A stretch of 64,000 bases of DNA from a virus (taxonomy: Duplodnaviria > Caudoviricetes), in the IMG/VR virus record IMGVR_UViG_3300008116_000192, positions 1-64,000 of that record. The stretch is one strand, 5' to 3'. This document shows positions 55,283 through 64,000 of the stretch, one piece after another (positions within the stretch are counted from its first letter, which is position 1; each line of letters begins with the position of its first letter). A program made the position numbers and the translations under genes. Under the pieces are notes generated by a model. That model was not told the DNA's origin. It was given only the letters and a program-made list of their open reading frames with translations, and searched no databases.

Positions 55283-55710
55283 ACGACAAAATACATAAAG
55301 TCCTTAGAAGAAATAGAGCAAAAGACGAGTTGATCGCTTGGTGTTATCCAGATAAAAAAAGAGTTATGTATTCTTACTCTCAGGTAAAAAAATATATGGA
55401 GAATGCCTATACCACTACTCAAGTTGGTATCATATTAAATAAGCATAAAGTAACCATTGAGGATTACATATTGGATGGCAAAATTAAAAGACCTCAGAAG
55501 GTTTATCCTATAGGTAATCCAGATAGTAAATGGTATAAATTTATGTTTAAAGAGTCTGATATTTTAGATCTTCATCAATTTATTGTTGATGCTGGTCATT
55601 CTGGGAAGCTGCCGTCTAGATCGGAATTACAGGCACTTCTCAAAAACAATATCATACTGTATACTAAGACCGAAGAAGGAAGTTTTGTACCTGTATGGAA
55701 GGCGGAATAA
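55228..55710 (+). CDS. Putative DNA-binding protein (HTH-like segment)
   Basis: AYTTTQVGIILNKHKVTIEDYILDGKI resembles a MerR/excisionase-type HTH. Confidence 0.45.
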   Translation: MARKKRQSAQQKFVYFFLNDKIHKVLRRNRAKDELIAWCYPDKKRVMYSYSQVKKYMENAYTTTQVGIILNKHKVTIEDYILDGKIKRPQKVYPIGNPDSKWYKFMFKESDILDLHQFIVDAGHSGKLPSRSELQALLKNNIILYTKTEEGSFVPVWKAE

Positions 55711-55913
55711 TGGACACAAAGGTAAAGGTTGACCTATCTTTTACAAGAAACCTTGGCAACTATGAGAGTATCAAGATTGGTATTGGAGTAGAAGACTGGG
55801 TTAGAGATGGAGAAACAGTTGATTCTGCTACTGATAGAGTTTATAAGTTTGTCGAAGATAAATTAATTGATAAAACTCGTGAGGTAGAAGAGGAACTAAA
55901 GCGTGGCAAGTGA
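55710..55913 (+). CDS. Conserved hypothetical protein
   Basis: TRNLGNYESIKI motif. TAATG coupling gives start 55710. Confidence 0.55.
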   Translation: MDTKVKVDLSFTRNLGNYESIKIGIGVEDWVRDGETVDSATDRVYKFVEDKLIDKTREVEEELKRGK

Positions 55914-56223
55914 GAAGGAGCCATACGTCCTAATAGGGCTATATGAAAAATTGTATTTTGAAAGATACAATAAAAAGCCACGTATTAATAAGTTTCGTGA
56001 AAAGTGGGCCATGCAAGATGTCATAGATAGTGTAGGATATGAAAGAGCTAAGGAATTGTTGTCTTATTATTTTAAGACGAGCAAATCTGGACACCCATTG
56101 ACATTTTTCTTCTATAATTTTGATAGAATAGATAGCTTGATGGAGGAAGTTGAAAAGGATAGACTGAATCGCAGTTTATTAAGAGAGAAGACTAAAAAAC
56201 TGATTGAAGGCGGAGAAGAGTGA
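55903..56223 (+). CDS. Hypothetical protein upstream of helicase
   Basis: 106 aa, coupled to neighbours. Confidence 0.5.
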   Translation: MASEKEPYVLIGLYEKLYFERYNKKPRINKFREKWAMQDVIDSVGYERAKELLSYYFKTSKSGHPLTFFFYNFDRIDSLMEEVEKDRLNRSLLREKTKKLIEGGEE

Positions 56224-57464
56224 ATACTGAAGCAGATTTGATTTCAGCTGTATGTAAGAATAAGGACATTTCTACTTTATTAGCAGATAACGTAGATGAC
56301 CTATTTACATCACATAGAGATATTTGGGATAGCCTAAAGTCATACTACTATAAGTTTAAAGCAGTTCCAGAACCAGGTATTTTAATGGAACGCCACAAAG
56401 ACTTTGAGCCAACAGATACTAAAGCTGAAACTGGATACTATCTTGATAAGCTAAAGAATGAATATTTGAGTAACAGGCTTAAGTCTATTATTATTCAGTC
56501 TGGAGCATCATTAAAAGAAGATGCAGCAGCAAGAGTCCTTGCTGACATGCAGTCAAAGCTTGCCAACCTTTCAAAGTTTACAAATAATGTAAGAGACTTG
56601 GATATTACTGATCTTCAATCTGCAGAGAACCATTTTCTATCTGTGAAGGAAAGATCTGCAGCCATGGGTGGTAGCCCAGGAATTCTAACAGGCTTTGAAG
56701 CAATCGATAAAGCATATCCAACTGGTATGGCTCCAGGACACCTTATTGTTGCTATCGGCTGGCCAGGACGTGGTAAGACATGGTTTACATCCTACCTTGC
56801 ATGTAAGGCATGGGAACAAGGATTCAAGCCAATGATTATCTCTCTTGAAATGTCTCCAGAGAATATGCGTGATCGTATCTACACAATGCTAGGCTCTGGT
56901 TTATTTAAGGCAAGTGATTTCTCAAAGGGTGATGTAAATATCGATGACTTTAGGTCATGGGGTAAAAAGAAGTTTGATAACAAGAATGGTTTTATTCTAG
57001 TATCAAATGAAGGAACTTCAGAAGTTACTCCTGCAACCGTTCAGGGCAAAATAGATCAGCACAAACCAGACTTAGTTATTCTAGATTACCATCAACTATT
57101 TAATGACAATAAGAGAAGCAACTCTGAAGTTGAAAGAAATAGAAATATCTCTCGTGAGTTTAAGTTGTTGGCTGTATCAAACAATATTCCAGTTATCGAT
57201 ATTACTGCAGCAACAGCAGATGATATTTCAGATCAAGATGAGCCACCAATGATGTCGCAGGTAGCTTGGTCAAAGGCAATTGAGTACGATGCTGATATGG
57301 CTATGGCTATTCACAGATATCCAAATACTAATATGATTGAAGTTGTTAGTAGAAAGAATCGCCATGGACAGGAATTTGATTTCTATCTAGACTGGGATAT
57401 TAATCGTGGTGTTATTACTCCGATTTACGAGAACCTTCCAAATCTAAATGAACAGAAGAATTAA
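56220..57464 (+). CDS. dnaB: Replicative DNA helicase (DnaB-like, SF4)
   Basis: GWPGRGKT Walker A, ISLEMS, VILDYHQL, IEYDAD, KNRHG. Confidence 0.92.
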   Translation: MNTEADLISAVCKNKDISTLLADNVDDLFTSHRDIWDSLKSYYYKFKAVPEPGILMERHKDFEPTDTKAETGYYLDKLKNEYLSNRLKSIIIQSGASLKEDAAARVLADMQSKLANLSKFTNNVRDLDITDLQSAENHFLSVKERSAAMGGSPGILTGFEAIDKAYPTGMAPGHLIVAIGWPGRGKTWFTSYLACKAWEQGFKPMIISLEMSPENMRDRIYTMLGSGLFKASDFSKGDVNIDDFRSWGKKKFDNKNGFILVSNEGTSEVTPATVQGKIDQHKPDLVILDYHQLFNDNKRSNSEVERNRNISREFKLLAVSNNIPVIDITAATADDISDQDEPPMMSQVAWSKAIEYDADMAMAIHRYPNTNMIEVVSRKNRHGQEFDFYLDWDINRGVITPIYENLPNLNEQKN

Positions 57465-57750
57465 AACATTTGGCCATAGCGGAGAGTTTTTGGATGACTC
57501 AGTTGTAATGATTACAAGAGTCGCTGCTGAAAATCTTATTAGGCACGACATGGTAGATAAAGGCTACGTTAGAGTTTTAGATATTGATTTTGGATGGTAT
57601 ACCCATTATGATCCATCAGAAAACAGATGGGTATATGAAATCAGAGCATACGGAATGTATGTAGGTAAGAGAAAGGCAAGGGAACACGAAGGATGGTCTC
57701 AGGGAAAATTGATTCCACGGTCTACTCGCCAACCCATATTAAAGCACTAG
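57448..57750 (+). CDS. Hypothetical protein between helicase and primase
   Basis: 100 aa overlapping both neighbours. Confidence 0.5.
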   Translation: MNRRIKTFGHSGEFLDDSVVMITRVAAENLIRHDMVDKGYVRVLDIDFGWYTHYDPSENRWVYEIRAYGMYVGKRKAREHEGWSQGKLIPRSTRQPILKH

Positions 57751-58685
57751 TAAAAGCTCTAGGCTTAGAGCAAGTTGGAGAAACAGGAAATGACTTCCTA
57801 TGCTATTGCCCATTTCATTCTAATAGGCATACTCCAAGTTTTAGCGTAAGCAGAACTAAGGGCTCATTCATATGCTTTAACCCAGCATGCGGAGAGGCTG
57901 GAACATTAAATGAGCTGGTAAGAAGAATTCTTCATAAGAATGAGTTTGAAGCAATCAGATTTATATCTTCAAAAGAAACTGAATTTGAAGAAGATTTTGA
58001 TGAGGCTCTTAAATCAATCTTAGATGATAAGCCAGTATTTGAAGAGTTCTCAGAGGAAGTCTTGCAAAAGCTACATGAGGATTTGATTATACAGAATGCT
58101 AACAATTCACAAGAATATCTAAAGGGTGTGCGTGGCATAAATGAAGAATCTATGCAGCATTTTCAATTAGGGTATTCTTCTAATATGAATATGATTACAA
58201 CTCCAGTTCATAGTCCTGACGGAACTCCAATCGGATTAGTTGGTAGATCTATTGAAGGTAAGTCATTTAAAAATAGTACTAATCTTCCAAAGAGCAAGAC
58301 GTTATTTAATTTGCACAGAGCTAAGCGTATAGGTAGCAATGTTATTGTTGTCGAATCAAATTTCGATGCAATCAGAATACATCAAGCTGGTTTTCCTAAC
58401 GTGGTTGCAACTCTTGGAGGACATTTATCTCCAGAACAACAGTATCTGCTAAATAGATACTTTAACAGAATAACAATAATGACTGATGCAGATCAGGCAG
58501 GCAGACAACTAGGATTAGCAATAGCTAATAAATTAAAAAATAAAGACATCTTGTGGGCTTCGTATTCTTATGGTAAGATATATCCACATGATGCAAAAGA
58601 TGCAGGCGATATGACTGATGAAGAGATTAAAGTCTGTATTAAAAACGCAGTTTCCGATATCGAATATCGATCTTGGAACCCATGA
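57693..58685 (+). CDS. dnaG: DNA primase (CHC2 zinc finger + TOPRIM)
   Basis: CPFH...CFNPAC, VVESNFD, MTDADQAG. Confidence 0.9.
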   Translation: MVSGKIDSTVYSPTHIKALVKALGLEQVGETGNDFLCYCPFHSNRHTPSFSVSRTKGSFICFNPACGEAGTLNELVRRILHKNEFEAIRFISSKETEFEEDFDEALKSILDDKPVFEEFSEEVLQKLHEDLIIQNANNSQEYLKGVRGINEESMQHFQLGYSSNMNMITTPVHSPDGTPIGLVGRSIEGKSFKNSTNLPKSKTLFNLHRAKRIGSNVIVVESNFDAIRIHQAGFPNVVATLGGHLSPEQQYLLNRYFNRITIMTDADQAGRQLGLAIANKLKNKDILWASYSYGKIYPHDAKDAGDMTDEEIKVCIKNAVSDIEYRSWNP

Positions 58686-58717
58686 TATAATGTAATGACA
58701 GACGGATTTATACCGTC
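58683..58717 (+). promoter_or_regulatory. Extended -10 TGATATAAT followed by leader hairpin GACGG-N7-CCGTC
   Basis: Upstream of the SSB gene. Confidence 0.5.
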
Positions 58718-58740
58718 AACTATAGAAAGAAGGTATATAG

Positions 58741-59336
58741 ATGGGTATCGTAAAGGGTCTAAAAGACTTAAACAAGGCACTAGATAAGCCTCAATCATCA
58801 GGGGAAACAAATAAGGGTCGCTGGGTAAAGCTAGAAGATGGAGAGAGTGTAAAGATTCGCTTTTTACAGGAACTAGATCCAGATTCACCTAATTATGATG
58901 AAAAGCTAGGACTGGGCTTTATCGCAGTCGAACACACAAATCCAAAAGACTATCGTCGCAAGGCGTTATGTTCTATTGATGACCAAGGAAAATGCTGGGG
59001 CTGTGAGCAGCACCGTAAAGACTATAAGGCAGGATGGAAGGGTCGTTCACGTCTCTACATTAATGTTTTAGTAGATGACGGAAAAGAAGAGCCATATGTG
59101 GCACAATTACAAATCTCATGTGGAGAATTAAGCGCTCTGGAACAAAGACAGATACAAGCTACACAATTATTCCACTAGCAAAAGATGAAGCTGCATTTGA
59201 TGCATCAGGACTTGAATTATTCAAGCTTGAAGAATCTGCTGTCCGTGATTTACCATATACAGAACAAGAGGCTTTCTTTAATGGAGAAGGCGGTCACGAG
59301 GAGACAGATTCTACATCCAGTAGCGTAGACTGGTAA
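58741..59336 (+). CDS. Single-stranded DNA-binding protein (gp32-like), split across two frames (58741-59178 and 59079/59118-59336)
   Basis: KLEDGESVKIRFL, Zn-site CSIDDQGKCWGC, acidic tail ending in Trp (EETDSTSSSVDW). The halves are offset by -1. Confidence 0.7.
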
Positions 59337-59337
59337 T

Positions 59338-59640
59338 ATGTCGGTTTACGTAAAAGACTTATGCCAATGCGGTAATCATCAAGAGTCTAAAGGTAGAATA
59401 AAAGGCAGGCAGCGCTTTGGAATATATTGCACAAGCTGTAGAAAGCAGAAGTATCGCAGAGATAATAAAAAAAGTTATTGCGAGAAGTGTGGATTTATTC
59501 CAGAGCATGGCTGTCAACTAGATGTAGATCATATAGACGGAAATCATTCAAATAATGATCCTTCCAACTTGCAAACTCTATGTGCAAATTGTCATAGATT
59601 AAAAACATATATAAATAAAGACTGGCGAAGTAACAAGTAA
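59338..59640 (+). CDS. HNH endonuclease with zinc-binding motifs
   Basis: CEKC...DVDHIDGNHSNN...NLQTLCANCH. Confidence 0.85.
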   Translation: MSVYVKDLCQCGNHQESKGRIKGRQRFGIYCTSCRKQKYRRDNKKSYCEKCGFIPEHGCQLDVDHIDGNHSNNDPSNLQTLCANCHRLKTYINKDWRSNK

Positions 59641-59649
59641 AGGCGGAAT

Positions 59650-62600
59650 ATGAGCTTCACACACCTGCATGTTCATTCATATTATTCTTTAATGGATGGA
59701 CTTAATTCTCCAAAAGAGTTAGCACAGGCAGCAAAAGATGCAGGCCAATCTGCAATTGCAATTACAGATCATGGCACACTCGCATCGCATAGAGATATGC
59801 AAATTGCCTGTAAGGAAATAGGCGTAAAGCCAATCCTTGGTGTGGAAGCTTATATTTCACCAACAGATAGATTTGATAGATCGTCAAAAACAGACAAATC
59901 AATTCAGGCGTACAACCATATTATTTTGTTGGCTAAAAATAAAAAGGGTCTTGAGAATATCAACATCCTTCAGGAATTAGCGTGGAACGAAGGCTTTTAT
60001 CATAAGCCACGTATTGATAGAGAGATATTGAAAGAATATGCTGAAGGTATTATCGTTTTGTCTGGATGCCTCAACGGCCTTATTAGCAAAGCTATTGAGC
60101 GTGGAGAATTCTCAGAAGCAAAACTTGTACTCAAAGACTTTAAACAAACTTTTAATGAAGATTTTTATATTGAGGTTCAATCTCACAACCCGCCAGAAAT
60201 CAACGCCAAGCTTTTGGAATTGGCCGACGAATTAAAAATTAAAGCGGTAGCAACAGGAGATGCACACTTTGCTAAAGGCGAAGACAAGGTATTAGAAGAA
60301 GCCATGCTTATATTGTCCACAAACCCTAAGGTGGATAAAGATGCAGATTTTGAAATGTCTAGAAATATGAAGAATATGCTAGATAGATTTAATTATTTAT
60401 ATCCAGATAGAAGAATATCATTTCAGGACTATAACCTATTTATTCAGACACGCCAGGAAATTGAAGATGATTTCCGTAAAGCAGGAATTAAGCGCACAGA
60501 TATATTTGATAATACTGTAGAAATTTCAGACAAAGTAGAGGAATATGACTTTTATCAGGCATTAGACCTTCTGCCAGTCCCAAAGACAGATGCTGACATC
60601 AAACTACGAGAACTGGCTGAAAAGGGCTTAGAGAGCCTTGGAATGGCCTCCAATGAGGTTTACAGGGCACGTCTAGAAGAAGAGCTAGAGATAATAAAGC
60701 AGAAGAGCTTTGCCTCCTATTTCTTGGTAATTTCAGATATGATTAATTGGGCTAAGTCTCAGGAAATTATGGTTGGTCCAGGTCGTGGTTCTGCAGCTGG
60801 TTCTTTGGTCTGCTATGCCCTAGGAATTACAGATGTAGATCCAATTAAATACGATTTGTTGTTCTTCCGATTTATTAATCCAGAGCGTAATGACTTCCCA
60901 GATATTGATACAGATTTTGAGGATCGCCGTCGCAAAGAGGTCAAGGACTATCTAAAGAAGAAATTTAAGCATGTTGCATCTATTTCTACATTTACTTACT
61001 TTAAAGATAAGGGTGTAATTCGTGATGCTGCTCGTGTATTTATGGTTCCACTAAATGATGTTAATAAGGCGTTGAAATCAGTCGACACATTTGAAGACTT
61101 TGTTGACTCTCCCAACACAAAAGAATTTAGAGCAAAGTATCCAGAAGTAACTTGGCTTGCTGAAAGATTACGTGGAAAGATTAGAAACATTGGTGTTCAT
61201 GCTGCAGGCGTAGTTGTTGCTAAAGATGATATACGTAAATATGCTCCAGTTGAATCTCGTGAAGATGCTCAGGATAAAGTTTCTGGACGTATCCCAGTTG
61301 TTGCATATGATATGGATACAGTTGCGGATATTGGTCTAATTAAACTAGATGCATTAGGACTTAAAACATTATCGGTTATATCAGATACTTTAACATCAAT
61401 TAGAAAGCGTACTGGCAAGAATATAGAACTATCTAAGATTCCGCTAGATGACAAGGATGTTTATAAGACATTAAGCGAAGGATATACCAAGGGCGTATTT
61501 CAGGCAGAAGCAACTCCATATACAAACCTATTAATTAAAATGGGAGTCAGCTCCTTTGAAGACTTAGCAGCATCTAACGCATTGGTCCGTCCAGGAGCCA
61601 TGAATACTGTTGGAGCATCATATATTGCACGTAAAAATGGGCAGGAGGCAGTCGAATATATTAGCCCAATCATGCAGCCTTTTACACAAAATACATATGG
61701 TGTTATCATATATCAAGAGCAGGTTATGCAGGCATGCGTATACCTAGGAGGGATGTCTTGGTCGGAAGCAGATAAAGTCCGAAAGATTATTGGTAAGAAA
61801 AAGGATGCAAAGGAATTCGACCAGTTCAAGGATCGCTTTATTAGGGGCGCTTCACAACACATTTCAGAGAAAAAAGCCGAAGCGCTCTGGCATGACTTTG
61901 AAGCTCATGCGGGTTATTCTTTTAACCGCTCTCATGCTATTGCTTATTCTATGCTGTCTTATTATACAGCTTGGCTTAAGTGTTATTACCCTCTTGAATT
62001 TATGTTTTCGATTCTTAAAAACGAAAATGACAAAGATGCGAGAACGGAATATTTAATTGAGGCCAAGCGCCTAGGTTTGCGTGTCAAGCTTCCTCACATT
62101 AACGAGTCAGATATCTACTTCTCATTACAGAAGGATTCTATAGTCTTCGGCCTTGCAGAAATTAAATTTATATCAGATGGAATAGCCAACAAGATAATCG
62201 ATCAAAGACCCTATAAGGACTACGCAGACTTTGTGTCAAAGGCTTCTAAGAAAGGAAGCGGAATCAATAGCCGTGCAATAACAGCATTAAATATGATTGG
62301 CGGAGCAGCATTTGAAGATAATCCAAGAAACGGTAATGAAAAAGATAGTTACTACGAGTATCTAGGTATACCTACATTTAATCTAGATCTTCCTCCTAGA
62401 ATTAAATCTCAAGCACGTCCTATCGAAGACTTCGATCCACTAGGATCATTTGTAATGTTTGGTATGGTAAAAAATATAAAAAGAGGTTCAGGCTGGGCTC
62501 GTGTAGAGCTTGTAGATGAGACTGGATCAATAGGATTATTCCACCATGAGCAAACTCAGATTGAGACTAATCAAATGTATTTTATATTAGTCGGAGATAA

Positions 62601-62916
62601 TCGTATTGCAAGATATGTAAATGTAAAAGATATTGGTCCAGATTCAAGCGACATATTCGTAGACTATCTATACAGAAAGTCTTATGATCTAGCAGATGAT
62701 GAATATATTGTGGTAAACCATACTCCGTATAAAACTAAAGCAGGAAAGACTATGGCTCATATAGTTATGTCTGATAAAGATAAAAACTTAACCAGAGCTA
62801 TTGTGTTCCCAGCCATGTATAAGGTAGCATTGGCTAAGATGCGTGATGGTATGAAGTGTAAGGTAGTTCTGTCTAAATTAGATGACGGAACTCTAAATGT
62901 TAAGGAGATAAAATGA
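59650..62916 (+). CDS. dnaE: DNA polymerase III alpha subunit (family C, DnaE-type)
   Basis: PHP HLHVHS...ITDHG, GPGRGSAAGS, PDIDTDF, KLDALGL, YQEQVM, FNRSHA. Confidence 0.95.
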   Translation: MSFTHLHVHSYYSLMDGLNSPKELAQAAKDAGQSAIAITDHGTLASHRDMQIACKEIGVKPILGVEAYISPTDRFDRSSKTDKSIQAYNHIILLAKNKKGLENINILQELAWNEGFYHKPRIDREILKEYAEGIIVLSGCLNGLISKAIERGEFSEAKLVLKDFKQTFNEDFYIEVQSHNPPEINAKLLELADELKIKAVATGDAHFAKGEDKVLEEAMLILSTNPKVDKDADFEMSRNMKNMLDRFNYLYPDRRISFQDYNLFIQTRQEIEDDFRKAGIKRTDIFDNTVEISDKVEEYDFYQALDLLPVPKTDADIKLRELAEKGLESLGMASNEVYRARLEEELEIIKQKSFASYFLVISDMINWAKSQEIMVGPGRGSAAGSLVCYALGITDVDPIKYDLLFFRFINPERNDFPDIDTDFEDRRRKEVKDYLKKKFKHVASISTFTYFKDKGVIRDAARVFMVPLNDVNKALKSVDTFEDFVDSPNTKEFRAKYPEVTWLAERLRGKIRNIGVHAAGVVVAKDDIRKYAPVESREDAQDKVSGRIPVVAYDMDTVADIGLIKLDALGLKTLSVISDTLTSIRKRTGKNIELSKIPLDDKDVYKTLSEGYTKGVFQAEATPYTNLLIKMGVSSFEDLAASNALVRPGAMNTVGASYIARKNGQEAVEYISPIMQPFTQNTYGVIIYQEQVMQACVYLGGMSWSEADKVRKIIGKKKDAKEFDQFKDRFIRGASQHISEKKAEALWHDFEAHAGYSFNRSHAIAYSMLSYYTAWLKCYYPLEFMFSILKNENDKDARTEYLIEAKRLGLRVKLPHINESDIYFSLQKDSIVFGLAEIKFISDGIANKIIDQRPYKDYADFVSKASKKGSGINSRAITALNMIGGAAFEDNPRNGNEKDSYYEYLGIPTFNLDLPPRIKSQARPIEDFDPLGSFVMFGMVKNIKRGSGWARVELVDETGSIGLFHHEQTQIETNQMYFILVGDNRIARYVNVKDIGPDSSDIFVDYLYRKSYDLADDEYIVVNHTPYKTKAGKTMAHIVMSDKDKNLTRAIVFPAMYKVALAKMRDGMKCKVVLSKLDDGTLNVKEIK

Positions 62917-63107
62917 GTGAAGATATTATTCAATCAATGAGTCTAAATAAAATCTTGGTTGCAATATTAGAGACAGCAGGTGCTGTATCTGTGCCAACAT
63001 CAAAATTTGTTGATGCACAATTTGAAAATAAAGAGCTTGTAGTTGACTACGATGATGAATCAAAGTCTTTTACATTTAATTTGAGGAGTAATGATGAACA
63101 GCAATGA
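62913..63107 (+). CDS. Small acidic hypothetical protein
   Basis: 64 aa, ATGA coupling. Confidence 0.5.
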   Translation: MSEDIIQSMSLNKILVAILETAGAVSVPTSKFVDAQFENKELVVDYDDESKSFTFNLRSNDEQQ

Positions 63108-63441
63108 GATACTAACCCAGTATGGGCTTGATGCTTTGGCTGCAGTTTTACATGAGACAGCTATAGAAAAAGGATTCTGGGATGGAGAATATAATCACGA
63201 CAAAATTGGAAACAAGCTAGCCCTTGTTCATTCTGAAGTAACTGAGGTTCTAGAAGCAATTAGAAAAAACCAGGGTTCAGAAAAGGTTGTTGAGGAAATT
63301 GCAGATACTCTAATTAGACTACTAGATGTATATGCAGCTATGAGAAATGAAGAAGCAGTTCTTCATAGTCTAGATGAAATTCTACATCAAAAAATGGAAA
63401 GAAATAAACATAGACCAAAGCTTCACGGAAACCTATTCTAA
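63091..63441 (+). CDS. MazG-like nucleotide pyrophosphohydrolase
   Basis: LVHSEVTEVLEA...EEIADTLIR all-alpha NTP-PPase motif. Confidence 0.8.
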   Translation: MMNSNEILTQYGLDALAAVLHETAIEKGFWDGEYNHDKIGNKLALVHSEVTEVLEAIRKNQGSEKVVEEIADTLIRLLDVYAAMRNEEAVLHSLDEILHQKMERNKHRPKLHGNLF

Positions 63442-63442
63442 G

Positions 63443-63451
63443 TGGTATAAT
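63443..63451 (+). promoter_or_regulatory. Extended -10 TGGTATAAT
   Basis: Upstream of the RecA-like gene. Confidence 0.55.
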
Positions 63452-63474
63452 AGTAGAAAGAAGAAAGATAAATA

Positions 63475-64000
63475 ATGACAATTGTATTAGAAGATATATT
63501 AGCAAAACTAGATCCAAAAACAAGAAATAGAGTAAAGTCAGCAGTAGATGTACAGGTTGAAAAGCAAAAGACACCTAGTATTGGATTGAACTTTGCCCTT
63601 AAGGGTGGTCTAGCATATGGACGGCAGATTCTTGTCTGGGGCAATAAATCTGCAGGAAAATCTTCTTTCTGCTTACAGATGATTGCTGCAGCACAAAAAG
63701 AAGGAAAGACTTGTGCTTGGATTGATGCAGAAGCATCATATGATCCTAAGTGGGCAGAGATGCTTGGAGTTGATTCGGAAAAACTAATTTACTCTCCAGC
63801 AAAGACTGTAAATGATATGGTAGATGTTGCAACAAAGTTGATGGAAGCAGATGTTGATTTAATCGTAGTAGATTCTATATCAGCGCTCCTACCAGCCATC
63901 TATTTTGAAAAAGACGGAGATGAATTAAAGAGTCTTCAGGACACAAAACAAATTGGTGCGGAAGCGAAGGATATGACACATGCGGTTAAAATGCTTAACT
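63475..64000 (+). CDS. recA: RecA/UvsX-like recombinase, 3'-truncated by the window edge (absent from the ORF track)
   Basis: My translation: MTIVLEDIL...GGLAYGRQILVWGNKSAGKSS...AWIDAEASYD...LIVVDSISAL. Confidence 0.9.
   Translation, partial: MTIVLEDILAKLDPKTRNRVKSAVDVQVEKQKTPSIGLNFALKGGLAYGRQILVWGNKSAGKSSFCLQMIAAAQKEGKTCAWIDAEASYDPKWAEMLGVDSEKLIYSPAKTVNDMVDVATKLMEADVDLIVVDSISALLPAIYFEKDGDELKSLQDTKQIGAEAKDMTHAVKMLN

Noticed and set aside
28915-59178. Stop-codon reassignment as an explanation for the broken genes
   Set aside because: The breaks are frame offsets, not in-frame stops, and the standard code gives long intact ORFs elsewhere with TAA, TAG and TGA all used as stops.
401-62916. Inteins or introns in NrdJ, DnaB, DnaE
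   Set aside because: Lengths are ordinary, motifs are contiguous, and no intein C1/His-Asn block or LAGLIDADG insert was recognised.
598-63644. All minus-strand ORFs in the track (e.g. 598-789, 7747-8382, 12753-13247, 28265-28729, 34063-34374, 63438-63644)
   Set aside because: They are antisense shadows of well-supported + strand genes, with no SD, promoter or recognisable motif.
1-64000. tRNA/rRNA genes, integrase, terminase, endolysin
   Set aside because: Intergenic gaps are short, with no cloverleaf recognised and no matching protein motifs. These genes may lie outside the window.

Overview
This window is a 64-kb segment of a large, AT-rich, long-tailed dsDNA phage (siphovirus-like Caudoviricetes). 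Every credible gene is on the + strand. Gene order: truncated glycosyltransferase; class II ribonucleotide reductase; holin-like gene; a ~23-kb block of fibre, lectin and decoration genes that includes a Thr-rich mucin-like gene followed by radical SAM/SPASM, GT60-like glycosyltransferase and GalE-like genes; portal; prohead protease-scaffold; major capsid; head-tail joining genes; tail tube; frameshifted tail chaperone; tape measure; tail-tip genes; a second Thr-rich/Cys-tipped cassette; then a replication module (metallophosphoesterase, DnaB, DnaG, SSB, HNH, DnaE-type polymerase, MazG-like, truncated RecA). No terminase, integrase, tRNA, CRISPR array or reverse transcriptase was seen. Consensus primary-sigma promoters and several leaderless starts suggest a low-GC actinobacterial host (inference). 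The most notable items are (1) a candidate phage-encoded mucin-type O-glycosylation and peptide-modification cassette with a second Thr-rich/Cys-tipped substrate-like gene, (2) three apparent frame-breaking junctions in essential genes (capsid start, distal tail gene, SSB), which are more likely deletions or assembly errors than recoding, (3) a canonical -1 slippery site in the tail chaperone, (4) a distinct promoter class in front of the capsid and tail-tube units, and (5) a possible cargo slot in the tape measure protein. All family assignments come from motif recognition by eye. No database searches were run.
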